A stretch of 32,000 nucleotides of DNA from Acaryochloris marina S15. GTDB taxonomy: Bacteria; Cyanobacteriota; Cyanobacteriia; Thermosynechococcales; Thermosynechococcaceae. The stretch is taken from contig NZ_CP064923.1 in NCBI RefSeq assembly GCF_018336915.1, forward strand, positions 870,001 to 902,000. Direction: 5' to 3'. The first letter of the stretch is position 1; each line of letters opens with the position of its first letter. The notes under the pieces were generated by a model. That model was not told the DNA's origin, did not search any database, and saw nothing but the letters and a program-made list of their open reading frames with translations. Position numbers and translations under genes: made by a program. Of the stretch, positions 27,776-32,000 are shown in pieces.

Positions 27776-28765
27776 TTAAGACGTAGACACACAGCTTTCA
27801 GCCCCATCTGCCATCTCGTTCGTTTCCATCGGTCGAGATGACTGCCGATTAAAGCTCGTCACGCAAATCCCTGCCATGATCACCAGAAATGCCAAAAATT
27901 GAGCCATCGAAGGTCGTTCACCGTTGAGCAAAAAGGCATAGGTCACCCCAAACACGGGGGACAAAGACGTCCATTTCCCTACCGTTTGTGAATTCAACTG
28001 CTCAAGAGCTGAATACCAAAGAAATTGGGCCAGGACAATAATGATCAGGGCATAGACCACCATCACCATCCAGAGTTGCCCCGCCAGCACATCTGTAAAA
28101 TGTTCCGGGCCAAATACCAGATTAGCAATGATAAAAAAGATGATGGACGAAATCAAATTACGGCTAAACACCACAATGCGCAGATTCGTTTGTTGAGACA
28201 ACATCAGCTTTCCCAAGGTAGAGCTGGCCGCATACACCACCGCCGACAGCAAAATCAAGAGGTCTCCCTGATTGATCTGAAAATTGCTGGTCTTCAGCAC
28301 AATCGCCAACACACCGGCAATAATCAAGGAAAACCCGATCCATTCAAATCGCTTAATTTTGCGTCCTAAAATCAGGGTGCCGACCAAGGCATAGATGACT
28401 GGGCCAAGACGTCCCAACAGCACCGCATTCGTAACAGAGGTATAAGCCAATCCCACAAAGATTAAAGAAGAAAGGAGGGCGGCTAAACAACCGTTCAAGA
28501 ACAGTCCAACCTTAATTCGTCGCTCCAAACTCAGCCAATCTTGAATCAGGGAACGCCAACCAAACCAGGTCCCCACCGCTAGGGCAGCACATAAATTGCC
28601 CACAAATAAGACATTGCAAAAAGAGATAGGAGTTTGGGTTCCCCCACTCAGCAACATGGCATTGGCCACCAAAAAAGCAATCAGAGAAGGCCGTAACGCC
28701 GCCAAGGCTCTGGATATGACTAAAGCAATTTTGGGGTCAATTGCAGAGAAGGACAGTTGGGGCAT
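27776..28765 (-). CDS. EamA/DMT-family transporter (last gene of the five-gene operon)
   Basis: 329 aa with about 10 TM helices and a duplicated EamA-type architecture. Its start abuts the stop of the upstream gene (28765/28766). Confidence 0.8.
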   Translation of the reverse strand: MPQLSFSAIDPKIALVISRALAALRPSLIAFLVANAMLLSGGTQTPISFCNVLFVGNLCAALAVGTWFGWRSLIQDWLSLERRIKVGLFLNGCLAALLSSLIFVGLAYTSVTNAVLLGRLGPVIYALVGTLILGRKIKRFEWIGFSLIIAGVLAIVLKTSNFQINQGDLLILLSAVVYAASSTLGKLMLSQQTNLRIVVFSRNLISSIIFFIIANLVFGPEHFTDVLAGQLWMVMVVYALIIIVLAQFLWYSALEQLNSQTVGKWTSLSPVFGVTYAFLLNGERPSMAQFLAFLVIMAGICVTSFNRQSSRPMETNEMADGAESCVSTS

Positions 28766-29530
28766 CTACAGCAGTTTATAGGTGGCCGGATCCGCTTTGA
28801 GAACAAACGCATCCGCATATTGAATCACTTCACCCGTAATTTGCACAGGATCTGCAACCAGGTCTAGAACCTTATCATTTACAGCCTTCCCATCCAAATC
28901 TGATAGTAGAAAATACAGCTTATCCCCCACCTGATTGTGAACCACAAACACGGGGGGCACCCCACCACTGAGACAGCGAATGGCACAGGATCGATGGGTT
29001 TTGGTTCGCCCAGGTTTCATCACGCCGGGATAGCATTTGCCATCAACGATTTCTCCCGTTAATGAAAACTCTCCTAAAGAGCTACTTTCAGCTGGTTGTG
29101 CCGACTCTGGAGTTGGGGGCTCCATCGGTTCCGCTGATTTCGTGGCAATCACCGTTAAGTGATTGCGATGGAAGGGCGTACCTTTGAGCTTGACCCATTG
29201 ATTAACATGCTCCAGCACCTTCGGTTTCGGTGAGGTCTTGCCCGTTCCTGACAATAGATAGAGGGAAAAATCACTGGCAGTGCCTACTTCTCCCGTTCTC
29301 GGTACCAATAGGTGAGGAGACGGCTCTCCTACTAGCAGTCCTTCAAACTCAGGAACTTTGGTGCGTTTACCCAAATTGAAGTGATCAAAATGTAAGGGCG
29401 GCAGAATGAAGGCAAAGGCTAAAACACTCAACACTAGGATGGGAATAAACCCCAACAAAAACCGTTTTAATCTGGGCGGCACCCCTAGATAGCCAATAAA
29501 AAATTCATCTTGAGGATCAAGGCTACTCAT
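28766..29530 (-). CDS. Membrane-anchored hypothetical protein with a C-terminal Cys-containing domain
   Basis: The N-terminal TM is FLLGFIPILVLSVLAFAFILPP. The conserved-looking block is GEIVDGKCYPGVMKPGRTKTHRSCAIRCLSGGVPPVF. Family not recognised. Confidence 0.7.
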   Translation of the reverse strand: MSSLDPQDEFFIGYLGVPPRLKRFLLGFIPILVLSVLAFAFILPPLHFDHFNLGKRTKVPEFEGLLVGEPSPHLLVPRTGEVGTASDFSLYLLSGTGKTSPKPKVLEHVNQWVKLKGTPFHRNHLTVIATKSAEPMEPPTPESAQPAESSSLGEFSLTGEIVDGKCYPGVMKPGRTKTHRSCAIRCLSGGVPPVFVVHNQVGDKLYFLLSDLDGKAVNDKVLDLVADPVQITGEVIQYADAFVLKADPATYKLL

Positions 29531-29532
29531 CG

Positions 29533-30594
29533 CTACACTTGGCCGATAACAGCAGGGACAACAGGCGTTCCAGGAAGATTAGGCTTGGCACTGACTAGAA
29601 TCTGATCGCCCTGGAGTTTGACATTAAACGTCGGAATTTTTTCGGTAAATGGCGGTGGCGAAATACCGCTATCGGGTAGGTATTGATAGCCATGCCAAGG
29701 GCAAGTGATACAGCCATCGACAACCTTGCCTTCTCCCAACGGGCCATTTTGATGCTGACAAACATTGGAAATCGCCGAGATTTGGCCGTCATATTTAAAG
29801 ATGGCTACGCGCTCCCCCGCAATCACTGCAATTTTGGCCCGATTCTCAGGAATATCTTGCACACTGCCAACATGCACAAAGCCATCAGCATCCACTTGGG
29901 CTTTGGCCGGTTTTCCAAACAGCGGTGCACCATCTTTTTGGGCTTCTCGCAGGGAAGTCATCAAGTGAATACCTACAATCCACACAAACCCCACGCCAAC
30001 TGCCAGGGTAAGGAAAGGATGGGTATTGGTTTCCAAAGCCCCTAGAACCACATGCCCGACCAACAAGCCATAGGCTAAGTAAACCCCCATATGCAGAGCT
30101 TTCCACACCGGAGCCGTGAGGTTGGTTAGCCAAAAATCATGGCTGGTTGCCGCCATCAAAAACAAGATGACAAGGGCTACGCCTCCCAATGCTTCAAAGG
30201 GAAAGCGGACAAAATCAGCATAGTGAGTATTGCTAACAAACAAGCTGACAATCGGCTCTAGATTGCCAAAGTCGTGATACCAGGCCAAAGCATCCCGGGC
30301 ATGGAGCAGGGCCAGAATAAACATGGTGACGCCCATGTGCCGCCGATTGTAGAGAAGCGGCAAAAACTTAGCGCTAAGACGACTCAGGGGACCAATGGAA
30401 AGAATGACATGGAGCAGGATAAAAGCCGCAGAGCCAAAGGCCCGAATCCAAATACCTTTTAGATCTAGATCGCTACTGAACTGAAGGCTAATGCCTTCAA
30501 AGCAAAAAAGATAGAAAACGACCGTGGACAGCAAAATAATGTCGTAAACAAACTTTTGCCGATTCCACTGAACCGCTTTATATGCAACGCCCAC
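29533..30594 (-). CDS. Fusion of a ferric-reductase-like (FRD/YedZ-type, di-heme b) transmembrane domain with a C-terminal Rieske [2Fe-2S] domain
   Basis: Six TM helices carry conserved His residues (LLHVILS, NRRHMGV, LLHARD, TSHDF, ALHMGV, VGHVV). The Rieske ligands are CQH-x16-CPWH, within a typical Rieske beta-sandwich context. Confidence 0.85.
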   Translation of the reverse strand: MGVAYKAVQWNRQKFVYDIILLSTVVFYLFCFEGISLQFSSDLDLKGIWIRAFGSAAFILLHVILSIGPLSRLSAKFLPLLYNRRHMGVTMFILALLHARDALAWYHDFGNLEPIVSLFVSNTHYADFVRFPFEALGGVALVILFLMAATSHDFWLTNLTAPVWKALHMGVYLAYGLLVGHVVLGALETNTHPFLTLAVGVGFVWIVGIHLMTSLREAQKDGAPLFGKPAKAQVDADGFVHVGSVQDIPENRAKIAVIAGERVAIFKYDGQISAISNVCQHQNGPLGEGKVVDGCITCPWHGYQYLPDSGISPPPFTEKIPTFNVKLQGDQILVSAKPNLPGTPVVPAVIGQV

Positions 30595-30624
30595 AGATAA
30601 CTTCCTCTCAGAATGAATTAGCGC

Positions 30625-31137
30625 TTAAGATTGGGTCCAAAAAGGATCTAGGGGAAATGTAGAAATGATTTCTTTAGTCGCTTGGCTGAACAATAGTAGG
30701 TGTCCCGTTTGGCCCTGCATCGCGTCTGGAACCCGAAATTGACGATTAGATGCTCCTGACAACGCCCCTAACAAGATAGAATCCTGACTCAGTTCCTCCG
30801 GTGGCTTCCCCTGCTGCCAATACACCAACACATCCGGCAATTGGAGATCAGACTGGGGCTGAATATTGATAAAGACATCGCTGCCATCTTGAGCAAACAA
30901 TGTTTCAACCCGGAGTTGAATGTTCTCTTGTTTGAGCAAAGTGGGTTTGCGCTTCGACCTCTGATTTTCCCAAGCAAAGTACGGGACAAATCCTGCTCGT
31001 TGAAATAAGGCGTCCGCTGAGGCATCCACTGGCGCGAAATTTGGCCGCCAGACTAACCCTGCAATAAAACAGAGGGGTAACACAACGGCCAAAACTACAA
31101 AGGAATAGAGGTGAACCTGCCGGCGAGAAATGACCAT
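30625..31137 (-). CDS. Membrane-anchored hypothetical protein (170 aa)
   Basis: There is a single N-terminal TM (LYSFVVLAVVLPLCFIAGLV) followed by a soluble domain. The start codon overlaps the upstream stop by 1 nt (TAATG at 31135-31139 on the minus strand). Confidence 0.65.
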   Translation of the reverse strand: MVISRRQVHLYSFVVLAVVLPLCFIAGLVWRPNFAPVDASADALFQRAGFVPYFAWENQRSKRKPTLLKQENIQLRVETLFAQDGSDVFINIQPQSDLQLPDVLVYWQQGKPPEELSQDSILLGALSGASNRQFRVPDAMQGQTGHLLLFSQATKEIISTFPLDPFWTQS

Positions 31138-31415
31138 TATTGGGCTCCTGCACTTTGCTTAGCGGCTAGTCGATGGGCATTTTTTTCGGTGGGATGACCT
31201 TTGCCTCGCAACAGCCGAATCGCGAACATCGGCCAAAATGCTACCACGCCAGGAATAATTAAAACTCGAAATCCAAGGGCCCAACCTTGAGCGCCAGAAT
31301 CGACCCGCTTGACCAAAAAGGTGACGAACAAAAAAGCGAAGATCAAACCTGCGATCGCATAGGCTCGCACCAGATTAATCACCCACTCAACTACAGCAAT
31401 AGCAGTGCTATCCAT
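31137..31415 (-). CDS. Small two-TM membrane protein (92 aa), first gene of the operon
   Basis: Two hydrophobic helices (YAIAGLIFAFLFVTFLV and VLIIPGVVAFWPMFAI) and a basic C-terminus. Confidence 0.6.
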   Translation of the reverse strand: MDSTAIAVVEWVINLVRAYAIAGLIFAFLFVTFLVKRVDSGAQGWALGFRVLIIPGVVAFWPMFAIRLLRGKGHPTEKNAHRLAAKQSAGAQ

Positions 31416-31563
31416 ACGTCGTCTACCTTCTAGAATTCATAAAGGGCAGTCCTATTAGGTATGAGAATACCAGCCCATTTAGCCATCGGTAAACTACTCG
31501 TCTAGATTTGGCAAATTGCCTCAAGGTTGCCAGAATTAGAACCGTAGGAATGAACGGTACAAC

Positions 31564-32000
31564 ATGCATCGCTTTACTCAGACTCCTAAACGAAAATCGA
31601 TTGCTTTAGCCCTACTTCCCCTTAGTCTTGGGTTATTGATCAGCTGCAGCACTACAGAAGCCCCCTCAGACACTGAATCGCCAGCGTCCGACACCTCGAC
31701 AGAGTCTCTAGATCGCTCGGTTGCTGATCCCAGCGCTACAACGGAGGAAAGTGCGGACAGCTCCGGCACCGAAACTCTAGCCTCTTCAGCCAGTTCAGGG
31801 AAAGTCGATCTGGCAGCCATCATTGGCACTGAAGATGATGGATGGCTCCCCAAAACTCTCTCGGAATATGATTTCAAGCGGGGAATGAGTCCCGAAGAAG
31901 TGGGCAAGATTATGCCTGGAGCTGAAAAGATCTCCAAGTTTGGTTTTAGCGAAGTCCCCGCCAATGGTGTCCCAGGTGTTGATAAGTACAAATTTAGCTT
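31564..32000 (+). CDS. Putative lipoprotein, 3' end beyond the window
   Basis: From ATG 31564 the frame is open to the window edge. MHRFTQTPKRKSIALALLPLSLGLLISC has a signal peptide and lipobox. An acidic Ser/Thr-rich linker follows. This ORF is not in the supplied track because it does not terminate inside the window. Confidence 0.55.
   Translation, partial: MHRFTQTPKRKSIALALLPLSLGLLISCSTTEAPSDTESPASDTSTESLDRSVADPSATTEESADSSGTETLASSASSGKVDLAAIIGTEDDGWLPKTLSEYDFKRGMSPEEVGKIMPGAEKISKFGFSEVPANGVPGVDKYKFS

Noticed and set aside
31578-31991. Minus-strand ORF of 137 aa
   Set aside because: The opposite strand carries an open frame from ATG 31564 to the window edge. That frame has a convincing lipoprotein signal peptide (LSLGLLISC). 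The minus-strand product is Ser/Pro/Gly-rich with no features.

Overview
The window looks like cyanobacterial chromosomal DNA. The octamer GCGATCGC (HIP1) occurs at least 16 times, for example at 1387, 3705, 4893, 7083, 9038, 9222, 17112, 19558, 24043, 26192 and 31353, where about one would be expected by chance. Housekeeping and accessory genes alternate with short AT-rich patches and gene remnants.

Confident calls:
- mfd
- the sbtA-sbtB bicarbonate-uptake pair
- a cytochrome P450
- LysR and TetR regulators
- an MgtC-family protein
- MOSC, ABM and NTF2-like small enzymes
- a CPYC peroxiredoxin-like protein
- two EamA/DMT transporters
- an alpha/beta hydrolase
- a matrixin (MMP-like) protease with three SLH domains
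- the C-terminus of a membrane desaturase, cut by the left edge of the window

Most interesting items:
1. A tightly coupled five-gene minus-strand operon (27776-31415). Its core is a fusion of a ferric-reductase-like heme-b membrane domain with a Rieske domain. The other four genes are three uncharacterised membrane-anchored proteins and a DMT transporter.
2. An orphan holin-like gene coupled to a protein fusing a GH24 lysozyme to a YkuD L,D-transpeptidase (20643-22516).
3. An AT-rich divergent gene pair (12684-15755). One product combines a cyanobacterial N-terminal module, an HNH-like motif and a hydrophobic hairpin.
4. A diverged but still in-frame copy of the mfd 3' end. Together with the real mfd 3' end it brackets about 1 kb of AT-rich insert.
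5. A secreted (N/D)PCAAK hexapeptide-repeat protein next to a truncated YHS-like gene.
6. Diverged direct repeats that bracket the sbtAB cassette and, separately, the hydrolase gene.
7. A gene-remnant patch (19100-20095) containing a 43-nt perfect palindrome.

I found no rRNA, tRNA, CRISPR array, transposase or integrase. All family assignments rest on motifs read by eye from the translations. No database search was run.
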